DNA from: Candidatus Microgenomates bacterium
GTDB lineage: Bacteria; Patescibacteriota; Microgenomatia; UBA8517; JACQJR01
Length of the DNA stretch: 64,000 bases
Assembly (NCBI GenBank): GCA_016204995.1
Contig: JACQJR010000002.1
Coordinates: 2,557-66,556 of the forward strand
Reading direction: 5' to 3'
Shown: positions 8,395-17,507 of the stretch, one piece after another
Layout of the letters: each line of letters starts with the position of its first letter
How positions within the stretch are numbered: the stretch's first letter is position 1
Notes under the pieces: generated by a model
What the model was told of the DNA's origin: nothing
Seen by the model: only the letters and a program-made list of their open reading frames with translations
Database searches by the model: none
Position numbers and translations under genes: made by a program

Positions 8395-9512
8395 ACCGTT
8401 GTTTTATTGGAGAAACGACTACCCACCAAATCATTAATAGATTTAATGCCCCGTTTATTCATATGCGCTACCAGCTCCCGATTAATTTTACCGGGTAAAG
8501 CCGGACCTTCACCCACAAGGCCTGTCACAATCTGTATCACTTTAGCCCCTGATTTGATTTTCTCTAAAGCCGTGACTGCATCTTTGACTCCTCCCACCCC
8601 GATTATTTCTATCTGGCCTTTTGTTTCTCGCCAAATATGGGAAATTTTGGTCGTGGCCATTTCGCGAAAATCCGGATCGTCGCCGGACAAACCGCCTTCG
8701 CGATTTCTCCACTTGTTGCCATACTTGGCTTTAATACGGACGTCAATAGTAGTGTTGGTGGCCACAATGCCGCTTAAATTATGGTCTGCTACCACTCTAA
8801 TCACATCGTTAGCTGCTTCTTCTGTTAAATCTGGCGCGATTTTGACAAAAAGCGGCTTTGGCCCGCCCAACTCTATCATCTTAGAATTGACCGCCTGAAC
8901 AATATCGGTCAAGGGCTCTCTATCCTGCAGTCTACGCAAACCAGGCGTATTAGGAGAAGAAACATTAATCACAAAATAATCGGCATATTGATATAAAACT
9001 CCCGCCACCACTGCATATTCGGCCGGTGCCTGGCGATCAGGCGTATTTCTATTTTTGCCGATATTAACCCCTATCGGGATGCCGTTATTTTCATACTTTG
9101 CCAAATTGGCCGCCACCTGTTTAACTCCCGGGCTATTAAAACCCAAATGATTAAGCGCGACTCCTGGCCCAATTATAAATTGACGAGGCTTGGGATTACC
9201 AGGCTGCTGAAAAGCTAAAACTGAACCTACCTCCACGCCGGAAAAACCTAAAGTGTATAAACTTTTAACTGCCCGGCCGGCCTTATCCCAACCGGCTCCT
9301 ACCATGAGAGGATTGTCAAAACTGACTCCACCCAAAACAATGTGTAATTTTTCGTGGGTATACCGGCGATGATGATAGGCCAGCAACAACTCTAAGACTT
9401 TTAGGGTAAAAGATGATTTTTCGGCCAAATGCAGAGTTTCCCGGGCATAGTCATGCCAGGTTTCTGAATCCAGTCTGATTAGTAACGGTCGGATAATTTC
9501 CTGATAAGTCAA
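8391..9512 (-). CDS. pyrD: Dihydroorotate dehydrogenase (class 2-like)
   Basis: NPLMVGAGWDKAG, GVNIGKN, NVSSPNTPGLR, VKIAPDL, GIVATNTT, GGLSG motifs. Confidence 0.8.
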   Translation of the reverse strand: MTYQEIIRPLLIRLDSETWHDYARETLHLAEKSSFTLKVLELLLAYHHRRYTHEKLHIVLGGVSFDNPLMVGAGWDKAGRAVKSLYTLGFSGVEVGSVLAFQQPGNPKPRQFIIGPGVALNHLGFNSPGVKQVAANLAKYENNGIPIGVNIGKNRNTPDRQAPAEYAVVAGVLYQYADYFVINVSSPNTPGLRRLQDREPLTDIVQAVNSKMIELGGPKPLFVKIAPDLTEEAANDVIRVVADHNLSGIVATNTTIDVRIKAKYGNKWRNREGGLSGDDPDFREMATTKISHIWRETKGQIEIIGVGGVKDAVTALEKIKSGAKVIQIVTGLVGEGPALPGKINRELVAHMNKRGIKSINDLVGSRFSNKTTV

Positions 9513-9586
9513 CTTACTATCTAATGTAGCACAAAAATAAGCAGCGTCAATTGCATCCTGGAGGCTAAAAGAGTATAATTAGCCTC

Positions 9587-10441
9587 ATGGATAATAAAAA
9601 TAAGGCCGTGGTGGCTCGCCAGGAAGATGGCACTATTCAAATTACTTTAACTATTCCTCAAACCGAGGTAAGTCGCGTTGAGAGTGAGGTAGTCGTAGAA
9701 CTAGCCCGCGATGTTGAGGTAGCGGGTTTTCGCAAAGGCCAAGCTCCCCTGGAAGAAGCCAGAAAAAAGATACCTACTCAAGTGGTGGTGGAACGAATTT
9801 TAAGTAAAGTTTTACCATCTGCTTATAACAAGGCTGTTGCAGAAAATAGTATTAAGCCTTTTTTGTCCCCTCGTTTTGAACTAATTAACGTAAGCACGGA
9901 TGTTGACTGGCAAATTCGGGCTATTACCTGTGAAGCACCACAAGTTACAGTAGGAGATTACCAAAAAGAAGTGGCGGCAGCCCAACGCACGAGTAACTTA
10001 TGGGTACCAGGCAAAGACAAAAAAGAGCCTACACTGGAAGAGAAGGAAAATTTAGTGCTGGAAACATTACTTAAAACTAGCAAAGTCACAATTCCCGCTC
10101 CTTTAATTGAGGAGGAGGTGGCTCATCGCTTGTCACAACTAATTGACCAAACCCAAAAATTAGGCCTAACTGTGGAGCAGTACTTAGCCTCTACCGGTAA
10201 AACTGTGGATCAATTAAAAGCAGAATATAAGCTACAGGCTGATGCTCAAATTAAAAGCATGTTAATTCTGTCACAAATTGCTGAAAAAGAAGGCATTAAA
10301 ATCGGCGAAGAAGATATAAATAAGGTTATTAATCCTAACGGCGAGATTGCCAAACAACCGCCATCAGAGGCTCAAAAAGAGGTCTTAAAAAGCATTTTAG
10401 CCCGTCGGGCTGCGCTTGACAAATTAGTGGCCGCGATTTAA
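9587..10441 (+). CDS. tig: Trigger factor, short form
   Basis: The N-terminal ribosome-binding region, including AGFRKGQAPLE, aligns to the TF signature GFRKGKVP; 284 aa, apparently lacking a full PPIase domain. Confidence 0.6.
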   Translation: MDNKNKAVVARQEDGTIQITLTIPQTEVSRVESEVVVELARDVEVAGFRKGQAPLEEARKKIPTQVVVERILSKVLPSAYNKAVAENSIKPFLSPRFELINVSTDVDWQIRAITCEAPQVTVGDYQKEVAAAQRTSNLWVPGKDKKEPTLEEKENLVLETLLKTSKVTIPAPLIEEEVAHRLSQLIDQTQKLGLTVEQYLASTGKTVDQLKAEYKLQADAQIKSMLILSQIAEKEGIKIGEEDINKVINPNGEIAKQPPSEAQKEVLKSILARRAALDKLVAAI

Positions 10442-10453
10442 ACTGGAGCCAAT

Positions 10454-11095
10454 ATGGATACTAAAACAAAACCAGCCCAAAATGGTCGAAAACCTCTCAA
10501 TAAAACCCAGCTTTTGGAAACGCTACAGGGGTTGGGCGGCGATGCCTTTTCTTCCTTAACTCGCGACGTAGGTACGGAAATTCCCAAAGAGATTTTTAAG
10601 CAGATTTTTGGTCTTCCCGAGAAGAAAATTTCGGGAAATCTCGCACCGGGCGAATCCGTCAATATGGAAGTCATGATGTCCGGCCAGCATGAGACCCAAA
10701 AACAAGCCCAAACACAATTAATTCGCGAAAGACAAATACATGCCGAAGAGCAAAGATTAACTTCTAAAAAACAGCAGGAATTAAAAATGCAGCTGTCAGT
10801 TTTAATACAGGAGGTGGGACAGCTTGCTCAAACTACCCAAGGTTTAACTAAAGAAATCCAAGTAGCAGCTATGTCGGCTCCGATTGAACCAGGAGTTTAT
10901 CATGTCATCTTTTTTGAAAAATTAATCACTTTTATCCAATCATTCCGCAAGAAAATTGAAAATGCTTCGGAATGGATTGGGACTTACAACGGCCGGGCTA
11001 AAAAACGGGCTAATTCCTTCTGGGGCCAAGTCGGCATATCAGGAGCTAAAAGATTACTTTCTACCGAAGACACCGTTACCCGCTCCGCAGGCTAA
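10454..11095 (+). CDS. Hypothetical protein (coiled-coil)
   Basis: 213-aa ORF that fills the gap exactly; no recognisable motif. Confidence 0.3.
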   Translation: MDTKTKPAQNGRKPLNKTQLLETLQGLGGDAFSSLTRDVGTEIPKEIFKQIFGLPEKKISGNLAPGESVNMEVMMSGQHETQKQAQTQLIRERQIHAEEQRLTSKKQQELKMQLSVLIQEVGQLAQTTQGLTKEIQVAAMSAPIEPGVYHVIFFEKLITFIQSFRKKIENASEWIGTYNGRAKKRANSFWGQVGISGAKRLLSTEDTVTRSAG

Positions 11096-11098
11096 TTT

Positions 11099-11482
11099 AT
11101 GGTAGAAAGAACTAAACTCACTATAGATAATATTGCTGCCGCCAAAGAATTAGTTAATCAAAAACAAGTTGACCCGGCCTTGCTATTTAACGAACTGAAC
11201 TCTATCGCCGCTCAAGTTAAAAGGGAATCAGTTTACAGTAAATTGAGCCGTATGCCAGAACCCCAAACAGCAGATGATTATTTTGATCAAGCTATTGATT
11301 TAATTAAACAAGATGCTTATGGCAGTCGTCGTTTTGGAATAACGGTAGGGGACTATCTAACAAAGGCTGAAGAGATAGCAAAAGAATCTGGTTCTGAAAA
11401 AAGAGTAGTATATAAGTGGGTTAGAGAAAATTTAGACGTTTACTACGAAATCCAGAAAAGACACTGGTGGGCCAATTATTAG
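11099..11482 (+). CDS. Hypothetical protein
   Basis: 127-aa ORF 3 nt after the preceding gene. Confidence 0.3.
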   Translation: MVERTKLTIDNIAAAKELVNQKQVDPALLFNELNSIAAQVKRESVYSKLSRMPEPQTADDYFDQAIDLIKQDAYGSRRFGITVGDYLTKAEEIAKESGSEKRVVYKWVRENLDVYYEIQKRHWWANY

Positions 11483-11556
11483 TGGACGCTAGAGGACTCG
11501 AACCTCTGACCTCTTTCACGTCAAGAAAGCGCTCTAGCCAACTGAGCTAAGCGTCC
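11483..11556 (-). tRNA. tRNA-Val (anticodon GAC)
   Basis: Reverse complement GGACGCTTAGCTCAGTTGGCTAGAGCGCTTTCTTGACGTGAAAGAGGTCAGAGGTTCGAGTCCTCTAGCGTCCA folds as a 74-nt cloverleaf with GTTCGAGTC T-loop and anticodon loop TTGACGT; no encoded CCA. Confidence 0.8.
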
Positions 11557-11897
11557 GATAAATCTATTATATCAACTTTTGCCGCCATAATAAAGTCATT
11601 AATTGTTAAACCACCGGAAATGTGAGTGGTGAAATTAACTGTTACCCGACACCAGCCAACATATAAATCCGGGTGATGTCCTTGTTCTTCAGAAATATTG
11701 GCCACTTTTTCTACAAATTTAATGCCATCAAGATATTTTTTAAATCTAAATCTTTTGACAAGTTTTAATCTGTTCTTTTCTTTGTCTTCTACTATTTGCC
11801 AATTATCAATTTCTTTTAAATATTTTTTAGCATCGGCGAGCGTTAAATGAGGTGTTTTGGCGCTACAGGGAAAACACTTTTCAGCCCTTAAATTCAT
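11547..11897 (-). CDS. phhB: Pterin-4a-carbinolamine dehydratase (PCD/DCoH)
   Basis: EEQGHHPDLYVGWCRVTVNFTTHISGGLTINDFIMAAKVD matches the PCD signature (HHP ... H ... D). Start chosen at the internal Met (MNLRAEK); the 3' end overlaps the tRNA by 10 nt. Confidence 0.65.
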   Translation of the reverse strand: MNLRAEKCFPCSAKTPHLTLADAKKYLKEIDNWQIVEDKEKNRLKLVKRFRFKKYLDGIKFVEKVANISEEQGHHPDLYVGWCRVTVNFTTHISGGLTINDFIMAAKVDIIDLSDA

Positions 11898-11993
11898 ACT
11901 AATTAGTATAGCATTAAATTTACACTCTTGACAAACGAGTATAATTATTTGTAAAGTCAAAAAAATCAATTAACAATTGATTGAAATAGTCAG

Positions 11994-13097
11994 ATGCCGA
12001 AAAATTCTCATAACAATTATTTTAAAGAAAAAGTCCGCGCGATTTCCGTCTCCAAAAAATCTATCTCTCAATTATTAACAGAAATGGAAACTACTGGTTT
12101 TCAAGGAAGAAAACTAGCGGAAGTGGTCAAAGCGTGGGAGGGAATGATTAAAGATAAAAATACCACCACCATCATGGGTTATGCCGGATCTCTTTCTACC
12201 ACTGGTCAATGGAAATTGATTAATTGGTTAATGGAAAACCATTATATTGATATTTTGGTCGCGACTGGCGCTAATTTGTCAGAAGACATTGTGGAAGCAA
12301 TGGGTTATTCTTACTGGAAAGGAACGCATTTAGCAGATGACGTGGAATTATTAAAAGCTGATGTTAATCGCTATTTAGACGTTTTCGGCAAAGAAACTGA
12401 TTACATGGACATGACGGAAATGATTGCTGAATTTTATGTAAAAGAGTTAGAGCAAGATTATCCTTATTCTTCCCGAGAAATTCTTAATCGCTTTGGTAAG
12501 TGGCTGGGGAAGAAAAAAATTAACAGTATTGTGGCGACAGCTGCCAAAAATAATATTCCGGTTTTTTGTCCGGCCATTGTGGATAGTCCTTATGGCGACG
12601 CAGGCCTGATCGCCAAAGCCCAGGGATTTAATTTAGTGATTGATAACATGAAAGATTACAAAGAATTTATGACGGTGGGAGAAAAAGTTAAAGATACCGG
12701 CGTAATTTATATCGGCGGGGGAGTGCCTAAAGATTTTATTCAACTTTTGGCTGTTACTTCTGACTTAATGTATCCGGAGCGGGTCATCCCGGGAAGGAAA
12801 CCTAAGATCTTTCGAGCCAAGAGATCAAACGGCAAACATTTAATGGAAAGTTATTATCCTCACAAATTTGCCATTCAAATTACCACTGACAGCCCGCAAT
12901 GGGGAGGATTATCCGGTTGCACCTTTGAAGAGGCCACCAGTTGGGGTAAAGAAGAAATTGACGGCATTAAAGTACAGTGTTATTGCGACGCCACTATTGC
13001 CTTGCCAATTATCACTCATGCTTTAAACGAAAGGGTTAAAGGTAAAAGAATCGGCCAAAATTTATCCTCGGTATTTGAAAATCACAAATCTAAATGA
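11994..13097 (+). CDS. Deoxyhypusine synthase-like protein (DHS / homospermidine synthase family)
   Basis: TTGFQGRKLAEVV, IDILVATGANLSEDIVEAMG, NNIPVFCPAIVDSPYGD, YIGGGVPKDFI and EEATSWGKE align block-by-block with eukaryotic/archaeal DHS. Confidence 0.75.
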   Translation: MPKNSHNNYFKEKVRAISVSKKSISQLLTEMETTGFQGRKLAEVVKAWEGMIKDKNTTTIMGYAGSLSTTGQWKLINWLMENHYIDILVATGANLSEDIVEAMGYSYWKGTHLADDVELLKADVNRYLDVFGKETDYMDMTEMIAEFYVKELEQDYPYSSREILNRFGKWLGKKKINSIVATAAKNNIPVFCPAIVDSPYGDAGLIAKAQGFNLVIDNMKDYKEFMTVGEKVKDTGVIYIGGGVPKDFIQLLAVTSDLMYPERVIPGRKPKIFRAKRSNGKHLMESYYPHKFAIQITTDSPQWGGLSGCTFEEATSWGKEEIDGIKVQCYCDATIALPIITHALNERVKGKRIGQNLSSVFENHKSK

Positions 13098-13993
13098 AGT
13101 CTTCTCCTATATCTTACCCTGCCACCGAACCATTTAATTTCGCCGGAGTTGACGTACAAAATTACAGCTCGGCACGGGTGGCCGTTTTTCCAGTTCCCTA
13201 CAGTTCTACCACTTATTGGAAGTCCACTACCAAAGAAGGTCCAAGAAGTATTATTGAATCGTCGCGCCATATGGAATTGTGGGATGAAGAATTAGGCAAA
13301 GACACTTCGCAAGTTGGCATTTACACCATGCCGGAACTGGAAGTTTCTAAAAATTCTCCCCTGGAGACAACACAGCGAATTGAAAAAGTAGTAGCCAGCT
13401 TACTTAAAGATAAAAAATTGCCTTTAATGTTAGGCGGGGAACATTCTATTACTTTGGGAGCAGTCATGGCTTGTGCTAAAAAATATCCGGCTAGCCAGCT
13501 GTCTGTTTTACAACTTGATGCCCATACTGACTCGCGCTCGGAATTTGAAGGCACCAAATATCATCATGGTTGCACCATGCGCCGAGTGGTAGAGGATTTA
13601 AAAGCCTCGGTAACACATGTGGGAATTCGTTCCACTAGTGAAGAAGAGCAAAGTTTTTTGAAAAAGTCCAAAAAAAATCATGTTTTTTATGCCCCTGCCT
13701 GCGCAGGCAGGCCCGATATACCAGTTGAAGAAATTATCGCCACTTTGGCAAAAAACGTTTATATCACCATTGATTTGGATGTGTTAGATCTGGGAATTAT
13801 GCCGGCAGTCGGCACCCCAGAACCAGGCGGCATTGGTTGGTATGAAACTTTAAACTTAATAAAAAATGTGGCAAAAGAGAGAAATATTGTCGGTTTTGAT
13901 ATTGTGGAATTGGCACCCATTCCTGGCATGGAAGGACCAAATTTTCTGGCCGCCAAACTGGCTTACAAAATATTAGGTTACATTTTTAGCTGA
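13094..13993 (+). CDS. speB: Agmatinase / ureohydrolase (arginase family)
   Basis: LGGEHSIT, LQLDAHTDSR, ITIDLDVLD and GFDIVELAP manganese-site motifs. Confidence 0.8.
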   Translation: MKSSPISYPATEPFNFAGVDVQNYSSARVAVFPVPYSSTTYWKSTTKEGPRSIIESSRHMELWDEELGKDTSQVGIYTMPELEVSKNSPLETTQRIEKVVASLLKDKKLPLMLGGEHSITLGAVMACAKKYPASQLSVLQLDAHTDSRSEFEGTKYHHGCTMRRVVEDLKASVTHVGIRSTSEEEQSFLKKSKKNHVFYAPACAGRPDIPVEEIIATLAKNVYITIDLDVLDLGIMPAVGTPEPGGIGWYETLNLIKNVAKERNIVGFDIVELAPIPGMEGPNFLAAKLAYKILGYIFS

Positions 13994-14037
13994 TTTAATA
14001 TTGACATCTATCTTCACACCCCTGTTATACTAATCTT

Positions 14038-14310
14038 ATGAAGACTAAAAACCATTTAGATAAAAAGCTTAGCCAGGAATTGAGCATCTTTGAGGTTAAA
14101 ATGGATCTCAAACTGGATAGCTTAAAAGATGGGATTGATGATAATTCCAGAAAGTACCGTGATCAGATTTTACAAGGCCTAGACGAAGTAATGGGGGAAT
14201 TACAAACTTTACGTCAAGAAAATACAATCGGCTTTCATCAAATAAAAGAAAGGCTCGATAATCACAATAGAGGAATTAAACATTTAGAGCATTTTACAAA
14301 AGCTATATAA
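14038..14310 (+). CDS. Small hypothetical coiled-coil protein
   Basis: 90-aa ORF, AT-rich. Confidence 0.3.
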   Translation: MKTKNHLDKKLSQELSIFEVKMDLKLDSLKDGIDDNSRKYRDQILQGLDEVMGELQTLRQENTIGFHQIKERLDNHNRGIKHLEHFTKAI

Positions 14311-14313
14311 ATT

Positions 14314-14919
14314 TTATCTCTTAGCGACAGCCCTTATTACACCTATTGCCTTTATAGAATCCATCCAACGTTCCTCTGGTTTCATAATTTTTCCCTGTTG
14401 ATCATAGTTGAAATATGGCATCATTATTGTTGGTTTAACATTCCGAAATCCTCTTCTTACTAACACTCCCTTATAAACATCTATTTCATCTGTTAATTCG
14501 TTATGTGATGAACGATCTATGAAAGAAATTGCATCTGGAGGACCAAGTAAACCACCTACTTCATTCTGTCCCCATGCATGAGGACGCCAAATTTTAATAG
14601 TATTTATATTTACCGCTCTAATAATATATTCTGCTCTTTCATGATATCCTAAAAAATGCACTAAAGTCCCTGGTTCTAAAGCGTGTAAATCAATAAATCC
14701 TACTGGTTCTATTCTTTCTAAAGGTAAATTAGGAGTTTGTTCATTGATAGGATCTGCTCTCCAAACATCAATAGGTCCTCCCCCCTTCCTCATCCACTCT
14801 CTTTCTTTTTCTCTTGTAACTCTGCTCTTAATCATATCCCAGGTGGGCCTTTCAATCATCCGCTGACTTGGCTTGGCCGCTTCTGAAGAAATTTGAGGTT
14901 GTTCTGTATTTTCGTCCAT
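14314..14919 (-). CDS. Hypothetical protein (201 aa, Cys-free); function not recognised
   Basis: Lone minus-strand ORF between plus-strand operons; visibly more AT-rich than its neighbours. Confidence 0.3.
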   Translation of the reverse strand: MDENTEQPQISSEAAKPSQRMIERPTWDMIKSRVTREKEREWMRKGGGPIDVWRADPINEQTPNLPLERIEPVGFIDLHALEPGTLVHFLGYHERAEYIIRAVNINTIKIWRPHAWGQNEVGGLLGPPDAISFIDRSSHNELTDEIDVYKGVLVRRGFRNVKPTIMMPYFNYDQQGKIMKPEERWMDSIKAIGVIRAVAKR

Positions 14920-14962
14920 CTATACCACTATTCCTATTTATTATGGTAAAATTACTCATTAG

Positions 14963-16198
14963 ATGTCAAATAATTTAAAAGATCATCGTCAGATTGGTCA
15001 GGAGCAAGAAATATTTTTTACTAATGATATCGCCCCCGGCGCTCCTTTTTGGCTACCGCGTGGCATGATTATTTTTAAGGAACTGGAAAAATATATCAGA
15101 GAATTAACTGAAAAAGCCGGCTACCAGGAAACCTCTACTCCGATTATGGTTAAAAGCGAACTGTTTAAACAATCCGGCCATTGGGAGAAATTCGGAGAAC
15201 ATAACATGTACAATCTACAGCTTTCCGATGAGGAAAATGACAATCAAGCTGTTTCTTACTCTTTAAAACCAATGAATTGTCCGGAATCAACTGTCATTTA
15301 TCGTTTCCGGCCCAGGAGTTATAAAGAATTACCTTTAAGACTTGCAGAAATTGGAAGGCTTCATCGCCGGGAAAAATCAGGTGAGGTAAATGGCTTACTA
15401 CGAGTCCGTCAGTTAACGATGGATGATGCTCATATCTATGTCGCAGAAGAGCAAATTTTTGAAGAAATAGGAAATATTTTATATATGATGATGACTTTTT
15501 ACGAAAATTTTGGTTTTGAGTATGAATTTAGACTAGCCACTAGACCAGAAAAAAGGGCTGGAACTGATCAAATGTGGGATAAAGCAGAAAATGCTTTAAA
15601 AGAAGCTTTGATAAGAAAAGGGATTCAAGCGGGAGATAAACTAGGGGATGGAGCCTTCTACGGTCCTAAAATTGACTTGCATATTAAAGATAGCCAAGGC
15701 AGAGAATGGCAACTGGCCACAGTCCAATTAGATTTTCATCAACCAGAAGCTTTTAAGCTGGAATATATTGATGGGGATGGTCAAAAACAACAGCCAGTCA
15801 TGATCCACCGGGCCATTTTCGGCTCCTTCGAAAGATTTTTAGGTATTTTAATGGAACATTTTCAAGGCGCTTTTCCCTTATGGCTGTCACCAGTTCAAAC
15901 CATGGTAATTCCCATCACTGATAAAAATATAGATTACGCCAATCAAGTTTTTAATCAATTGAAAGAGGCTAATATCCGAGTGGAATTAGACGACCGGTCA
16001 GAAACTATGCAAGCACGCGTCCGTGATGCTGAATTGCAAAAAGTTCCATATATAATAGTAGTGGGAGAAAAGGAAGAAAAAGACCATAATATTTCTATTA
16101 GAACCAGAGGTCAAAAAGAAATCCGTCAGGACGAAACAGAAAGTTTTGTGGAACAAATCAGGAAGAATATTGAAAAAAGAAGCACTAAACTGGTATAA
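14963..16198 (+). CDS. thrS: Threonyl-tRNA synthetase, catalytic and anticodon-binding domains only (no N-terminal TGS/editing domains)
   Basis: DHRQIGQEQEIFF ... APGAPFWLPRGM ... class II motifs and C-terminal anticodon-binding domain; 411 aa against roughly 640 for canonical ThrRS. Confidence 0.85.
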   Translation: MSNNLKDHRQIGQEQEIFFTNDIAPGAPFWLPRGMIIFKELEKYIRELTEKAGYQETSTPIMVKSELFKQSGHWEKFGEHNMYNLQLSDEENDNQAVSYSLKPMNCPESTVIYRFRPRSYKELPLRLAEIGRLHRREKSGEVNGLLRVRQLTMDDAHIYVAEEQIFEEIGNILYMMMTFYENFGFEYEFRLATRPEKRAGTDQMWDKAENALKEALIRKGIQAGDKLGDGAFYGPKIDLHIKDSQGREWQLATVQLDFHQPEAFKLEYIDGDGQKQQPVMIHRAIFGSFERFLGILMEHFQGAFPLWLSPVQTMVIPITDKNIDYANQVFNQLKEANIRVELDDRSETMQARVRDAELQKVPYIIVVGEKEEKDHNISIRTRGQKEIRQDETESFVEQIRKNIEKRSTKLV

Positions 16199-16212
16199 TA
16201 CCATAAGTTAAC

Positions 16213-16770
16213 TTGAGAAGCGGACAGTTTAACAAAATACATTTTCGCAAAAACGAGCAAATTGCCAGTAGCAGTTTGCGGGTAATTGGAGCTGATGGCA
16301 AGCAAATTGGTATTTTAACACGGGAAGAGGCACTGGCTAAGGCGCAAGAGCAAGAATTAGATCTGGTGGAGATTGCGCCTAAGGCCAACCCGCCTGTTGC
16401 TAAAATTATTGATTTTAGCAAACTATTATACGAACAAGAGAAAAAGGAGAGAGCAGAACGGAAAAGCGCCAAAAAAGGCAGTGCTTTAAAAGAAATTTGG
16501 TTTACTGCCTTTATTGCGGAAAATGATTATTTAACCAGGCTGGAAAGAACCAAAGAATTTTTAGGTGAAGGGGCTAAAGTCAGAATTGCTATCAAATCTA
16601 AAAAGAGATTGAATAATAACCAACCTCTTTTTAATATGATAAATCGGGTAGTTGGTGACTTAAGTGCAGTTGCCAGACCAGAGCAACCACCAAAAATGTT
16701 CGGCAGGCAATTAATTTGTACCTTAGCACCAAGTGGAGGTAATGTTGAAAATGCCAAAAATGAAATCTAA
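16213..16770 (+). CDS. infC: Translation initiation factor IF-3
   Basis: [54 protein letters not shown] aligns to IF3; a non-AUG start is probable. Confidence 0.8.
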   Translation: MRSGQFNKIHFRKNEQIASSSLRVIGADGKQIGILTREEALAKAQEQELDLVEIAPKANPPVAKIIDFSKLLYEQEKKERAERKSAKKGSALKEIWFTAFIAENDYLTRLERTKEFLGEGAKVRIAIKSKKRLNNNQPLFNMINRVVGDLSAVARPEQPPKMFGRQLICTLAPSGGNVENAKNEI

Positions 16771-16939
16771 AAGATCAATTTTAAGAAGATTTAAAGTTAC
16801 TGCTACTGGTAAAATTATGCATCTGCGCAGTTTTAAAAGGCATTTGAAGTCAAATAAGAGTGCCCGAGCCAGACGCCAAAAGGAAATTGCCTTAACTGGA
16901 TCAAATTATAAAAAAGTAAAGAAGATGTTGCATTTTTAG
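16751..16939 (+). CDS. rpmI: 50S ribosomal protein L35
   Basis: [31 protein letters not shown]; start placed at the internal Met of the longer ORF. Confidence 0.8.
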   Translation: MPKMKSKRSILRRFKVTATGKIMHLRSFKRHLKSNKSARARRQKEIALTGSNYKKVKKMLHF

Positions 16940-17095
16940 AGTGGGTAAACAAACTAAATCATTTAGACAAACTAAATCTGCCAGATCTGGCGATAGATCG
17001 GCAAGTAGTTTCAGTAGATATAATCGTATGCAACCATATCTTAATCTTAAAGGGAAAGGAGTTGGAGGGAAACCGTAGGTGTCCTTCCAGATATT

Positions 17096-17443
17096 GTGTC
17101 TAGAGTCAAAAGTATTACCAGAAAACGTCATAAAAAAGTCTTAAAGGCGGCTCGCGGTTTTCGGCAGGCTCGCCGCACGCGCTTCCAAACCGCCCGTGAG
17201 GCTGTCCTGCATGCCGGTCAATATGCTTATATTGGCCGCAAACAAAAGAAAAGAAATATCCGCACTTTATGGATTGAAAGATTAAACGCTGCCGTCCGCG
17301 AGCAGGGCCTGTCTTACAGTAAATTTATGTCGGGATTGAAAAAAGCTAATATTAACTTAAACCGACAAACTTTATCGCAACTAGCAATTCGCGAACCGGA
17401 AACCTTTAGCCAAATAGTTGAGCAGATCAAGGCCAAAATTTAA
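17096..17443 (+). CDS. rplT: 50S ribosomal protein L20 (GTG start)
   Basis: (M)SRVKSITRKRHKKVLKAARGFRQARR ... canonical L20. Confidence 0.85.
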   Translation: MSRVKSITRKRHKKVLKAARGFRQARRTRFQTAREAVLHAGQYAYIGRKQKKRNIRTLWIERLNAAVREQGLSYSKFMSGLKKANINLNRQTLSQLAIREPETFSQIVEQIKAKI

Positions 17444-17470
17444 CGGCCTTTTCCACTCAACTAAATCAAA

Positions 17471-17497
17471 GCTTCCTAATTGGAAGCTTTTTTTGTA
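17471..17497 (+). terminator. Hairpin plus T-run (partial terminator or attenuator) between rplT and pheS
   Basis: AAGCTTCC-taat-TGGAAGCTT followed by TTTTTTT. Confidence 0.45.
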
Positions 17498-17507
17498 CAA
17501 TTTAAAT

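Noticed and set aside
8407-8898. 163-aa plus-strand ORF inside pyrD
   Set aside because: Fully antisense to a confidently identified gene and low-complexity; a typical shadow ORF.
16185-16472. 95-aa minus-strand ORF
   Set aside because: Antisense to infC, with a Cys/Ser-rich low-complexity translation.
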